This document shows, piece after piece, positions 27,396-41,100 of a stretch of 64,000 bases of DNA (positions are counted from its first letter, which is position 1; the number at the start of each line of letters is the position of its first letter). Source of the DNA: Cenococcum geophilum (Eukaryota); contig CP158635.1 of NCBI GenBank assembly GCA_050273025.1, forward strand, positions 6,262,001 through 6,326,000. The letters are read 5' to 3'. Position numbers and translations under genes: made by a program. The notes beneath the pieces were generated by a model. That model made no database searches. It had not been told where the DNA came from and was given only the letters and a program-made list of their open reading frames with translations.

Positions 27396-28067
27396 AAAAA
27401 AGAAAGAAAAGAGTGTATTTTGGTAACTAGTAAGGTTGTAATATGTATATAATAGAGGGAAAAAGGAAGGAAGCCGAAGGCTTTATAAATATAGGAAAAT
27501 ACTAAGATAGTAGGCGACGTCTAATCTATACTACTATATACCTCCCCTACTAAGAACGTTATCCCCTAACATTCTATAATATAGAAGAATAGTAAAATAA
27601 GAGTATAGCAAAAGTAGAATAGATAAAGGAAAGTATATCCCTAAACGAACGTAGGTAACTATATCCTTAGCCTTCCTATAGAACTGTTCTACGGGTGTCC
27701 TTTTATTACCTATAGCTAAGATCTAATCTTCTTTCTAGTAGTAAACTAGAAATAATAACGGTAGTAGTAAAAGCAGCAGTAGTAGTAAAGTAATAGTGGT
27801 ATAAGCAGTAATAAAAGCAGATAGTTAGCGCGATAAAATAAAATAGAATAGTTGGCGGTAGAATACTCAGTAGAAGAACTCGGTAATAGTTAGTAAGTAG
27901 CAGAACTTTCGGTAGTAGAAATCTCAGCAACGGTAGACAGTTAATAGTAGTTAGTTAGTAGCAGTTAGTTAGTAGTAGTTGGTTAGAACTATAGCGGTAA
28001 AATAATTAGAATAGTAAAATAGAACGGTTGGAATAGTAGTTAGAACAGTTAGAATAGTAGTAGTAGT

Positions 28068-31000
28068 TATTAGATAGTTTATATAGAGCTATTTATTAAT
28101 AAAAATGGGTTAATTAGTTAATAATCTTAATCGTGTCTTGACCTAGGGCCCCTGGGCTTAGACGAAGATATTTATAATACACGTGACCCGTATACGTAAC
28201 CAGTGCACGTCCTACACCACCAAGAATACAGATTATTTAATATACCCCCTTAGCTTTAACCTAATCAAGGACGAAGCTAGCCACCTTCTCGTGTCCATTA
28301 ATGCGTTAATTAAATCATAATCTTATCTAAATCCTTCCATCTCGCTCTAATATTCTCCCTTAGGTTCTCTAGTTACTTCTCCTTATTTAGCCGCTCCTTA
28401 ATATCTACTATCCCAATTATATTAACAAAGCTTTAAAACCTCTGCTTAGGTAGGGCCTTTATAAGTCCATTAGCAATTATCTCCTTTATTACTATCTATT
28501 GAAATTATACTCGTCTCTTTATATATTCCTAACGTAGCCAGTATTAATAGATATTAATGTATTAAAGCTTCGTGATTAGCTTTGCCGTGTTTTTTATAAT
28601 TAGTTAAAGCGTTTAGGTGTTATTACAGTTAATAATTAAGGGCTCGTTTAGTTATAACGTTATTACTTTAAATAGTCTACTAATAAAGATAGCTTCCTTT
28701 ACTGTCTATAATAGGGCTAACAGCTCGGCTTTTATGCTTAATGTTATAACCGTACTCTACTTATTTGCTCTCTAGGCAATTAGCCCCCTAAATAGCTTTA
28801 TTATATATCCTTACAAGCTCTTTCTATTAATAGAGTTGTCCGCGAATAATGCGTCGCTAGCATAGATAAATAATTGCGCTTTACTTCTACTGTCTCCGTC
28901 GTCTTATCCTTAGTCGCGTATTCCTTTATCTCTCCCTTTACCGTTTATTCCTCCCTTATCTCCTCTATAGTAGATTACTCTGCTCCTCGTGCTATATAGG
29001 TACTAAATAACTCTATCTGCCGCTTAATAGTACTCTTAGCTTAGGTCCTAATTAAACCTTACTAGCCGTAATACTGTAAAGGCAATATCTAAACGTGTTA
29101 TAGTAGCTGTATAGAGTACTAAATCCAGTTTTCTCTAATATAGTATTGTAGAAGCTAGTAGGGATATAGGATGGACTAATAGGTCTGTATTAGGGGACGG
29201 ACACGTCGGACGGATTATACGGTAATCGGTAGGAAGGAGTTCTAATTCTGCTATAGGAGTGTCTAAAAGACGCCCTCTAAGATCTATCTTATACTAGTTA
29301 GCTATCTTCTTAATATAGGCTTCCTAGAATAGCTATAGAAGCCTCTAGCTATAATTACGTAGTATATAGATTTCTAGGAACCATTTTAGCTCGCCAAGGG
29401 TACTTATCTAGTATTCCTTACTTAGCTCCTTAATTGCTTCTTAGGCTTTCTTCTTATCTATCTTTTAGTAGTAAAAGACAATATCGTCAACATAGAAGAA
29501 GACGACTATTTTACCTTTTAGCATAACACACGGCTCCTAGGGTACTTCTTTAAAACCTAATTCGTTTAATAAGCTTATGAGATTCTTCTACTATAATAGT
29601 GGTAATTGTTATAGTCCGTATAGGGCTTTTCTTAAGCGCAGTACTTTATCTATCTTTCCTTTATTAAACCCTAGCGGTAGCTTTATATAGACAACCTCGT
29701 TAAAATCGCAATAGATAAACGCATTAACTGTATCTATCTATGTCGTCTCTAGGTTAAATTTTATAGTGATCGCTATAAGGGTTTAGAAGGTTATACTAGC
29801 TAATATAGTGGCTCTCATAGGTAGGTCTCCTAGGGCCTGTTGATTTCCGTAGACTACTAAGCATACCTTACATTTCTGGAGAAATCCGTACTTGTCCATC
29901 TTATAGACGAATACCTATATTAAGCTAAGGACCTACTATCCCTTTACGTACTTCTTATCTGTTTCTTAAAACGACCTCATTTAATAATAAGATTGGAGAT
30001 AGGCTCGTTAAGTCTCTTAGAACTGTTCTTAAAGAGGATACGTATTAAGGTTCTAGATTAACTAGGGTGGTAAAGGTAGGTTCTTCCTATATAATCTAAC
30101 ATCGTATATTCTGCCTAATTTTAGCTTACTATTATTAAGTTAACTATTAAGGTTAAACTTCCTTCCTGCTAAGAAGGCGCCGTAATAGGCTGACGTGATC
30201 CTTTTAGTAATAAAGTCTTCAAACCTATTATCGCTGGCTTCCTTAAACGAGTCTTTAACTAAGTCGTTGGACACCCCCTAAGTGTTAAACGCATCTCCTA
30301 CTTAATAAGCGACGTCTTAATTAGTACCTTATATATCTAACTTTATAGAATACTTAACGTAAAAGGCATATAGAGATTCTTTGTCTTCTTTTATTGGAGG
30401 TAGCGTATAATACGCATCTTTAAGAGCTCTTGTAAGCTTAAGGTCTGCTAACTTATTAAAGGTTTAAACTGGCTTATTAACGTCATCGTCTTCCTCTTAA
30501 ATTAACGGTTTAAATACTTCTTTATCGTCTTCTAGAAGGACCTTATTCTTAGTCTAGTTATTAGGGAGTTAAATCTCCTTAATTAGCGTGTCTAATTCAG
30601 TATATAGGTCCTTTAAGATGTCTGTTCGCTTGCCGTTAAAGAATATCTTTTTATTAAAGATAACGTCCCTAGTAGAGATAACGATACCCTTATATAGGAT
30701 CTAGATCCTATAGATATTAGTAGAGTTATAGCTAATAAGATAGCCGATATAGGCTTAAGGATCTAGCTTACTTAGCCTTTTCTTCTTTAGCTAGGCGTCT
30801 AACGTTATTACGTACGCCCTACAGCCGTAGGCTTTTAGGTGCGCTAGTTACGGCTTTCTTAATCTCCTATTAGCTAGGAAGGTATAGAACCTCTTATATA
30901 GCAATATCCAACCATTACTTTCCCGTGGCGTTTAATCTTAAAGGTAAACTATATAGTTAACTATCTTGTTCTATAGATTATATAGTAAATTAGCAGCAAT

Positions 31001-33633
31001 TCTTATTACTTATACTCTCTTAATAATTGCACCCCCTAAGCGTTTAGCGGTACTATTTTAAGCTTAAGTATATGGCGCTAAAGGCTTAAATATAATCCCT
31101 TAAGTCCGTAGCTATTTAAGGGTTCTCCTTCTCCCTAGCTCGTTGTCTAATCTAATAGTGTTAACCTTAAGGTTATACCTTAAACGAATCCACTAGATAA
31201 AATCTTTAAGCACTTATAGTGTCTTCTTCTCCTTACTATACGTCGTTATAAAATACAGGAAGGATCTTCCTAAGAAAGTGTTGTAGATAAGTATAACTCG
31301 TATAAATCCGGCATACGCTTCCTTAAGGTTAGTCTAGTTAATATAAAGGTTAAAATAGGGTTTATTAATTTTCTATTTTAGGAACCTTTATAAAACCTAA
31401 TGCTTAATTTTAGCGAGACTGTAATATTAATATTCCGTTGTCTTTAGGCCTTAAAGCTTAACTCCTAAGGCGTTAAGACCTAAATAATGAAGGCTTATAG
31501 GTCCTAGATAACCTAGACATAGATACTATAAACATATATCTCCTTTTAAATCTAAACGAGCGTCTCTTAATAATGCTCTATGCTTCCTTTAGCGTAGTAG
31601 TTGGCTTATATTAAACGCTAATAGACTTCTTAGTCGGACGTATTTAATAGTCTATTATCCGTAATATTCTTCCATTTAATATAGGACTAAGTTATCCTTT
31701 TAAACTAGAAGATTGTTCTCTCCTTTATTGTCTTAGTAGTACCCTTATTTTTAAAGTAGACGGAACAACACTAAATTTGTATTAAAGTCCGTATAAAAGG
31801 CAACGTCCCTAAGACGTAGGATTCCCTTACTCTTGTTTAGTTTTATAACTTAGATAGTAATATTACTATAGCCTAGTATAGGCACTTCTAAGCTGCTAGC
31901 GATAACGTATTTAAGTCTTAAAGCTTTCCTAAAGTTATAGAAATGAGAGAGGTTATTAAAGATATAGAGAGTGGTTCCTAAGTTAAGAATAGTTAATAGC
32001 TTTAGTGGATGGATTTAACCTATGTAATACAATTCTAGAAATATCGCATTAGCTTCTTCCTTAATCTTAACTTCCTAACTCTCGTCCTATCGTTATTAAG
32101 CCTTATCTTCCTATTCTTTAAGTCTAATCTTTATAACTTAGTTAGTGAGATCCTTATTCTTTTCTACCTTCTTTAATACCCTTTTAATATAAGCATCTCC
32201 GATTATAACTCCTTTAGGTCTCTTGTCTTTAAATAAATACTAATAGTCCTATAGGGAATGTCCTTATTTCTCGCACGCTAAGTATATAGGTAGTAGCCTC
32301 TTATAGGATATCTCCTTATCTACTAGTAACCCAGCTCTCTTTAAGCATCTAGTATATACTAAGGTTCCTTTCCCTAAACCTTTAGTAGTATTAGAGTAAT
32401 CTATTATAGCTTACTCTATAAAGTCTGCATTAAAGGTACTCCCTCTTATAGTAGTATTGGCTTTCTTTAAGGGTATTTTAAGTCCTTCTTGCAGCTCCTT
32501 TGCTACTCTACGGTATTTAGAAGATCTTAACTTCTAAGGGTTATTTAACTTAGTAGTATACTTTATATAGTAGGCGTTACTAAAGGGTTAAATAACTTCT
32601 ATTAATTCTTATAGCCAGATTCTATTAGACATTTAAGGGATCTTATACTTCTCTTCTAGTACTATTATATATTCCCATTAATCTAACCATTAATTTAATT
32701 TTAATAAGTGTTTAAACCCCTTAAGAGCTTCCGTATACTAGTATTATACCTTTTTCCTAATAAATAATAAGGTAGGTTCTGTATTCTCCTTTAACTAAGA
32801 TATCCATTCCTTAACTATAAGCGAAGGGTTAAGCAGTAGCTTCTTCTGAATTAATACTGTAGACGTAATTTGGGTGCGTATCTTTTAAAGGTGCTCTTCT
32901 TGTTTTAGGAAATACTTTATATCCTAGCTATAGTATCGTCTACTATTCTCGTACGCTCTCTGTTAATTTGTCGAGAGCTATATATATAAGGTTGCATTCT
33001 CATTAAATCTGTAACTTCTGGATAGGCTGGTTCTTATAGTAGACCTCATTAAGGTGCTTCCTTATCTGGGTCAACATGGGCCCAAATTCGTTTGTCCACG
33101 AGGGCTTGTAGTTGCTAGATCCATTGCTCCCAGTCTTCTGGCTTATTGAGGATGATTGTGGAAGACGACGACGTCGGTGGAGTCATTTGACTGATAGGCA
33201 GATGGGAATTGAGATGGAATTCGTCGTCAGGATCGTCCTTGTCGCAGGATCGTCCTTGTCATCAGGATCGTCCTTTGACGATTGAGGTGGAGTCTCGTGG
33301 AATCTCGTGGAATCTCGTCCTGTGACAATTGAGGTAGGATTTCGATCAGGGTCGTCTTGTGACGATGAGGTGTCAGAGTCTGACGATGAGGTAGAATTTC
33401 TTCAAATGATTGAGTAATAGCTGAATAGCTTCTTGTGTCGGCGGACCGGGCTTATAACTGTCAGATAGTTCATATAGAGCTATTCATTGATGAAAATGGG
33501 TTGATTGATTGATAATCTTGATCATGTCTTGACCTAGGGCCCCTGGGCTTAGACGAAGATATTTACAATACACGTGACCCGTGCACGTGACCAGTGCACG
33601 TCCTACGCCACCAAGAATACAGATTATCTGACA
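28068..33633 (-). mobile_element. Ty1/Copia LTR retrotransposon with both LTRs, RIP-inactivated
   Basis: 175-bp LTRs at 28068-28242 and 33459-33633, TSD GTAGT. PBS-like GTTATAAGCCC (the fungal Copia GGTTATGAGCC type) next to the 5' LTR, PPT AAGGGGGTA. Gag ATG at 33186 (MTPPTSSSSTIILNKPEDWEQWI), RT FFYVDDIV near 29480. Confidence 0.95.
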
Positions 33634-35126
33634 GTAGTAGTAGTAGTAGCAGTAGTAATAGAATGGTTAATAGTAGTTGGTCGGAGGCGGCTAGTTAGAA
33701 CCGCGGCGGCGGGGCGATTAAAACAGTAGGGTATAGCGGTTAGTAGAGTAATCGTAGAAAGATCTAGTAGATTTAGCAGTAAAATAGATCTAGCGGCGGT
33801 ATAGATCTAGAACAGTGGAGATTAAGCAGTTAATTAAGATAGTAGAGGCCTTGGCTTAATTTAATTGTTTAGTTAGTCGTTTAATATTAAGACTCCGTAT
33901 TAGTCTGTATTATACGCAGCTTTTGATTAAGGCTCTACCTATAGCTTTATATTAGGCCCTGCACCTAGCTATGCGTCTAGCTGTATATCTAGCTGTGCAT
34001 TAGTAGCTCTGTATTGTATATTCTGCGTCCACATCTATATATATGTCTATATACGTGCCTATATACCTGCCTTAACTACTAGCCGAAGACTATCTAATTG
34101 ATTAGCGACGACGTGCTGCAGCTAATCGTTCGGTAGTTTAATTAAGGTAGAAAGTTAGCCCGGTTAAAGGCTCTAATTGTCTTAATTTAAATGCGGAGAT
34201 AGCGTTTAGCTAATTAAGATCTAATAAGGCCCTAGCTTAACTTAAGGTATTTTTTACCCTAGATATAACTAAGGCTCTATATCTGTAGATAATTAATTAA
34301 AACTTCCGTATAGATATATAATTGGTTAAGGCTTTATATATATAGGCGTCTAGTTAAGCTGCCGTACTATTATCTAATTAAGGCTTTATACCTATATGCT
34401 CTATATCCGTAGACTCTATATAAGATTCCGTATAAAGCTCTATATCTATATCTAAAGGAAAGATTGTTTTAGTAACTAATCTATAGGCGTTAAGACGGGC
34501 GGCAATTAATTAATAGGGGTAGGTAGTTAAGGGAAGAGGCTCTTATAGAGGCTCTAAAACGTTAATTAGTAGTGCTTTTAATAATCCTCTAGCCGTATAC
34601 TAGTTTCCTAATTAGACCTAGTGCCTATCTATCTACAATTATAGGATTTTTAACTGCTAATCGAAGACGTCTAGCTAGGTGGTAATGGGTAACTGATTTA
34701 ATCTAGCTGTGATAACGTATAATTAACCAGCGTTTAAATAGGGTATTAGGTCGGCCTGGTTAAGAGCTATAGTTAATCTATCTTAACTATAGAAACAGTG
34801 TCTAGTTAATTAAGATTTAACTAAGGCGTTTTCTACTATATATATAACCTAGGCTCTATATCTATAGGCCTTATATCTTTAGATAATTAATTAAAACTCT
34901 AGCTGTATAGTTATTTAGTTAAAGCTCTGCATTTATATAATTGATTAAGGCTCTGTATTATATAATTAAGGCTCTTAGTATCCTCTGGACGTCTAATTTA
35001 AAGACCTATCTTAAGACCTCCTCCTTTATAAGCACTAACGGTAGCTTTTTTTAAACTACTATTATAGACCTAGCGCTTTTATAGGACGTCCTTAATAGCT
35101 ACTTTCTTCCCTTTTTTTTTTAAAAC

Positions 35127-38100
35127 TGTAACGGAACCTTGTAGCAAGAACTACGATGGGTTCGTTAATGGGCTAGGTGTGTAGGAAATGCAAGTATAAA
35201 AGTTAACAACGTAATAATAACTGGTGGAGTGGTTGCCTAATAGATTAACTCTAATTGTATTCTAAGAATTATTACAAGGAAGGAACTATCTAGGTAGGGA
35301 CTGAGGGTCCTTAAATACACAACCGTACTCCTAAGAAAGTTGTTACTCTGTCTACTCTATCTACTCTATTCGCTCTGTAATAGATTTTATAGATTATACA
35401 AATTATATAGATTATATTATGTGACTCTGCTTACTATTCCTTATTATATAGTTCTATGGGTTCTATTCTAGACTATGCTTATATTAACTAACTAGCTTCT
35501 TTTAACTCCTCTCTAAGTAGTTATAATATTGTACTTAAAGCGTCCGTAATACTATCTCCCTTCTCTTTATCTTTGTCCTTAAAGATACCTAGTATCTTTA
35601 GGTCGTTTACTAGAGGTATAATATCCGTCTAATTAATTTGGTTAATATTATTACTTATAATACCTAAAGCACCTTCTTCTTCCTCTATAGCCCGTCGGTC
35701 TCGTACTATTGCTGTAATATTATCTCTTAGTAAGATAATACTATTTCTATGTTCTTGTTATGTAAAAGAGGGGCTAGTTTGCGTTGCGTTAGTAAGTCCT
35801 TTATCCTAGCAATCTTTCTCTTGTTTAGAGTACACTAAAGCAAATATTTGGTTATCCTATAATGTTTACTTTATCTCTAATATTGAATATGCGCGACCTA
35901 TTACTCTTAATAGTTGTCTAGTTCCCTAATTAATTTATTTTAGGGTCTTGTATTTAATCTAAGGCAGAAAAACTTAAGGGTAATCTTGCCGCAGTACTAG
36001 CGGAAGCCTATTATCGATCTAAAGAATCTGCTTGTGCCCTTAAGGCTTAGTAGTCTACCTTTATAAAAGTTTAGCGTCTTTAATGCGTTTGTAAGAAGGT
36101 TTGCTCTAAGGAGTAAAAACTTATAAAATAAGGTCTGTAGGAACTAGGTGATAAAAGAATGGATTTTCTTTTAATAGAGAAGGAAATAGATCTAAGTAGT
36201 TCGGTAACTGCTCTTCTTGGGTCCCCCTTAGGTGACTTATTCTTTGGTAATCCTTTTTTATTAATACTGCCTAATCTAATCTCTTCTAATACTCCTGTAC
36301 CTTTTCTATAGCGTTCTTTAAATTCTCTAGTGGCTCTTAAGTAGTTTTAGTGTAGCCTATCTACTTAACCTCGTACTATATCTTGTTGTTAATATTCTTA
36401 TAATTAACGATCTTTAATACTTGCTATTTGTCTTCTTCTTATCCTCTATACGTGTCTGCTTTATAGACTAGTGGCTTAATATTCCTATATACTGGCTCTA
36501 GCATTACAATGTGCTATATAGGGTAGATCTTTATTTTAGCTAGTAGGTTTAACTTAAACGTAACCGGTGAAATCCTTTGTGTAATTTTAAAAGGTCCTAG
36601 TCTGACATGGTCCAATTTCTTACTTAATTATTAACTCTTGAAATTTTTATATAGTAGCTATACTTTATCTCCCTCCTTAAGATCTGGTCCCTTAGATCTC
36701 TTAGTATTATAGTACTTTTTTATTCTTTCTTATACTTTCTTTATTAATTCCGTAAGGTCTATATAAAGATTTATTAATGTCTTTATTCTCTCTTTAGCTA
36801 TACTACTCGTTTTCTTTACTTACTATGGTAATAACGATATTCTTAGCTCGTATCTATAATTTGCCTTAAATAGTAATATGCCTATTCCTTCTTAAGGTGT
36901 TATATTATATGCGAATTATATAACTAGTAATAGCGATACCTAATTATTTTGTGTATAATTAATATAATGTCTTAGGTACTACTCTAGCGTTTAATTTAAC
37001 CTTTCCGTTTAACTGTCTGTCTGTAGATAATATGCGGTAAAAGTTGCTGCTTAAACTCCTTGCTTCGCTAAGAATACTTCTTAGAATACTGCTATAAATC
37101 TTAGATCTCTATCTAATATGATTTTACTTAGTGCTCTATGTCTTATAAATACTTCTTTAATATAGATTCTAGCGATATCTTCTACTAAGATTTCTTTTAT
37201 GTATGCTATAAAGTATTCCTACTTTATAAGCTTATCTACTATTATTAAGATCGCGTCGTAATCTTATCCGGTAATAGGGTTTTTTAATTTTAGTAACTTA
37301 ATAATAAAGTCCTATAATATGACCTCCTATAGTCTCTCTGGTATTTTAATAGGTTGTAGCCCTCTATATGGCTTATGCCTTATTAGTTTATTTCTTTAGC
37401 AATTTAGATATTCCTTTATAACCCTTTTGGCTATCCTTTAGATTTTATTAATAATGTACTCCTCTTAGAGTCTTAACACTAAGCCCGTAGCTCTATTATG
37501 TCCTTAGGTTAGTCCCTTATAAAAGTCCTCCACGAATTGCTCTGCTATGCTTTTTAGGATATACTTTACTTTTTGATTTTTATATATATCCGTCTATAGA
37601 TCTTCTAGCTGTACTTTTAGAATTCTTTATGCCTAAAAGCTTTTTAGTATCTTATAGACTTTCTCTAGTTCGTTGTCTTTTTAAGTTGCTGTAATTTTTG
37701 GATAATTGTACCTAATTAATCCGTCTATATCTTTTCGCAATAAAGCCCCTAATGGCTTTTTCTTATTTTGTAGTTTAGCTTTACGGCTTAAAGCATCTGC
37801 CTGCGTATTGTCTGTACCTTTAGTATACTAAATCTTAAAATGGTATTCCGTAAGTATCTCTGCCTATTTAACCTGTCTTTAGTTAAGTTCCTTTGTTGTT
37901 AGGAATCCTATTAGGTTCTTATAATCTGTTTTAACTATAAATGGTTTCTCTATGCCTTATAAGAATACTCTCTATTCCTTTAATACTGTAACTATACCTA
38001 ATAACTCTTTGTTATAGATATTATAGTTTAACTCTAGTGGTGTTATCTTCCGACTGTAGTATGCTACTAGGTGCCATTTATCTTAATGCTTTTATATAAA

Positions 38101-41100
38101 GTACGCCCCTAATATATAGTCTGATGCATTTATTTCTATAACCGTCTTTAGTCCTAGTTAATAGATCTTAAGAACTGGCTTCTGGGTAAATAACTCTTTG
38201 ACTTTCTTAAAGAGTTTTCTTTGCTCTTCCCCCTATACCTATAGTTCTTCTTTCTTTGTTAACCGCGTAAATGGCTTAATATCCTTTAACTACTATGTTA
38301 TAAACCTTCTATAGTAATTATAAAACCCTAGGAACGATTTTAACTGTATAACATTCTCTAGTTTCTGCTAATTTACTATAGCCTTGATCTTTATTAAATC
38401 TATGCTAAGTTGGCCTAGTTTAATGATAAATCTAACAAAATCGGTCTTCCTGGTGAAGAACTCGTATTTCTTAATTACTACTAGCATCTGTTCTTCTTAT
38501 AGTCTCTTTAGGACCTATTTAATGTGTTCCCCGTGTTCTTTTTTAGTTATTAAGTAGATAATAATATTATTAAGATATGCTATAATAAATTCATCTAAGT
38601 GTTCTTCTAATATATTGTTAATACGCTTCTAGAACGTTGCTAGTGCGTTTATAAGCCCGAATTATATAACTAATGGTTTATATAGTCCTTCCTTTAACCT
38701 AAAGGCTGCCTTTTATTTATTGCCTTCCTTAATCCTAATCTAATGGTACGCCTATCTTAGATCTATCTTTATAAAGATTTGCGCATTACCTATCCTGTCT
38801 TAGATTTCGCTAATTAAGGGTAAAAGATACCTATCCTTTCTAGTAATGCTGTTTAACTATTTATAGTTAATATATAGCCTTAGTTTGCCATTCTTCTTTA
38901 GTATAAATAGTACTGGATAACCCGCTAATAACTGCAATGGTCTAATATATCCCTTTTATAGATTTTCCTAGATAAACTCTTTTAACGCTTTACCCTCTTC
39001 TTTAGTAAGCTTATAGATTGGAAAGAACTTTAGACTTATTCCTAGTTCTAACTCTATTTTATAGTCCTATGCTATATATTCTAATAGCTTTTTACTTTCC
39101 GGTAACTATAGTTTCTTACCATACTTATGGTATCTCTTTAGTATATAGCTTAGTCCTTTTTCTATTTCTTTATAGGTTGCTCCTACTTGGTACTATACCA
39201 ACTTAGCTTATTATCGCATCTTACGGCGTTAAGTATCTCTAATATTGACCTAACCTGTAATCTAATTGATTTTTAGATTATATTCCTATAACCAAAGTAT
39301 ATTTAATACTACCTTATCCCGTCCCAATGGTAGGATATTAAAAGACATCTTAATTTGTCTTCCTTTAATAGTTATCTAAATAGGTCCTGTTTTAAGATTA
39401 ATAATCCCTCCTCTATAGGTTATTGGATCTCCTAAAATTGTAACTAATAGGTAAGGTTGCTCCTTTTATCTATAAGGTAGCCCTATTCTCTTAACTACTG
39501 CTAGTAAGATATGGTTTTGTGTTGCTCTACTATCTATTAGCGCTTTAAACTGCTAATCTTGCTAATTAATCCGTAAATTTAGGTATTGTCTTTAAATTTC
39601 TTTAAGGGTCTAAGGCTTTACTACTAGCTCCCTTTAGTCCTATAGGCCTCTACTTTTTCTAACTATTAGCTACTTAATCCTAGTGCACTTAGCTTATTTT
39701 TTAGCTAATACCTAGTTCGCTTTTTATCTTTAATATACTATAGATACGTGTTTTCTGGGTATTCCCACCACTATTATCCGTCTAAGTATTCTTCTATAAG
39801 GAATCTTTCTAGTTAAAGTACTAAACTTCCTTTCTTTTAGATTTCTATTGGATGCTATCTATGCATATATTTAGTATTTCTATACTATTGCTTGTCCATT
39901 ATCTAGTATATCCTTATAGGGTATTTCCAATTCTTTTCTTTTAGATTCTTATATATTTCGTATATATTGTCTATACACGCAATTTATAATATCGTATAGT
40001 ATGCTAAGTGCTTTAGGTTAACTCTTAGCTTATCTTTACCCTTAAGTTTAAACCTTTATTGTGCTAATCTAAACGTTATAATTTTATTCATAGGTACTAA
40101 GATGCGCCTCTTGCTTCTTTAGTCCTCTAAACGTTCCTCTAGATCCTTTAACGTTATAATTAAGGCTCCTTTAATATGTATTATGGCCTTCTCTATAATT
40201 AGGTAGTTTTAGATAACTTTTTTATTTAACTATATATAGAAATCTTCCTACTCATTATTGCGTTGTTGCCTATACCACTTTTGGTATAGCTGCTAGAGTG
40301 TATATAGTCTGTCCGTAAGGAAATATCTCTTTATTGCTGCGTTGTAATAGCCTTTAGTATATTATTCCTTAAACCTAGTAGGAATCCCTAAATCCTCTTC
40401 TTATTCTAATTTGGTAAGCCACTTAGCTCTTAGTATGCCTACTCTCGGCCTATTAGTAATTCTTTGTATTGGTGCTCTGTCCTTTATATATCCTAATATA
40501 CTAGATCTTTTGTCTAGTTTCTGTTCTTGCTACGTAATAATTCTTTATCTAAATTCTTCTATGGTTTCTTTTGGTTTGTGCCTTACGCTTTAATCCTTAA
40601 AGTCATCTTACTTCTTAATCCTAATATTGGCTTTTTAATCTTTAGTCCGAACACTTTGTTTAACTAGTAAATCCTCTAAGTCTATATATTTGTCTTCTAG
40701 TTTAATTGCTATTTATACTGTAGATTCTTTAATCTATAAAGAAGCTCCCAGCCTTTTATCTATGGGTGTCCTGATTTATACCCCAAATTCTTAACCCCTT
40801 AGGTTCTTTAATCCTAAGCTTGCTTCTAACTTAAGCTTAGCCCCTACCTTAGTCTAACTAGGCTTAACTAGTATCCTCATCTTATCTTAAGAGTCCTAGA
40901 TCTTACTTATCTTATTTTAAGAATCTTATGCCGTTAGGAATTCTTGTCCTAAGCTTATTTATATATCTTTAAACTAAGCCGCTGCTCTACTCTATTGGTT
41001 TCTATCTGTTATGGGTTCTTAAGCTTACCTTATCTCGTCTTAAGAATCTTAGTTATCTCTTATCTTATCTTAAGAATCTTAAGCCTTTAGTCTTTTGCCT

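Noticed and set aside
20907..40593. Hydrophobic L/Y/I-rich short ORFs (20907-21119, 27706-27930, 39018-39206, 40411-40593) that look like membrane or secreted peptides
   Set aside because: They are antisense to RIPed TE sequence or within simple repeats; the composition is an artefact of AT enrichment.
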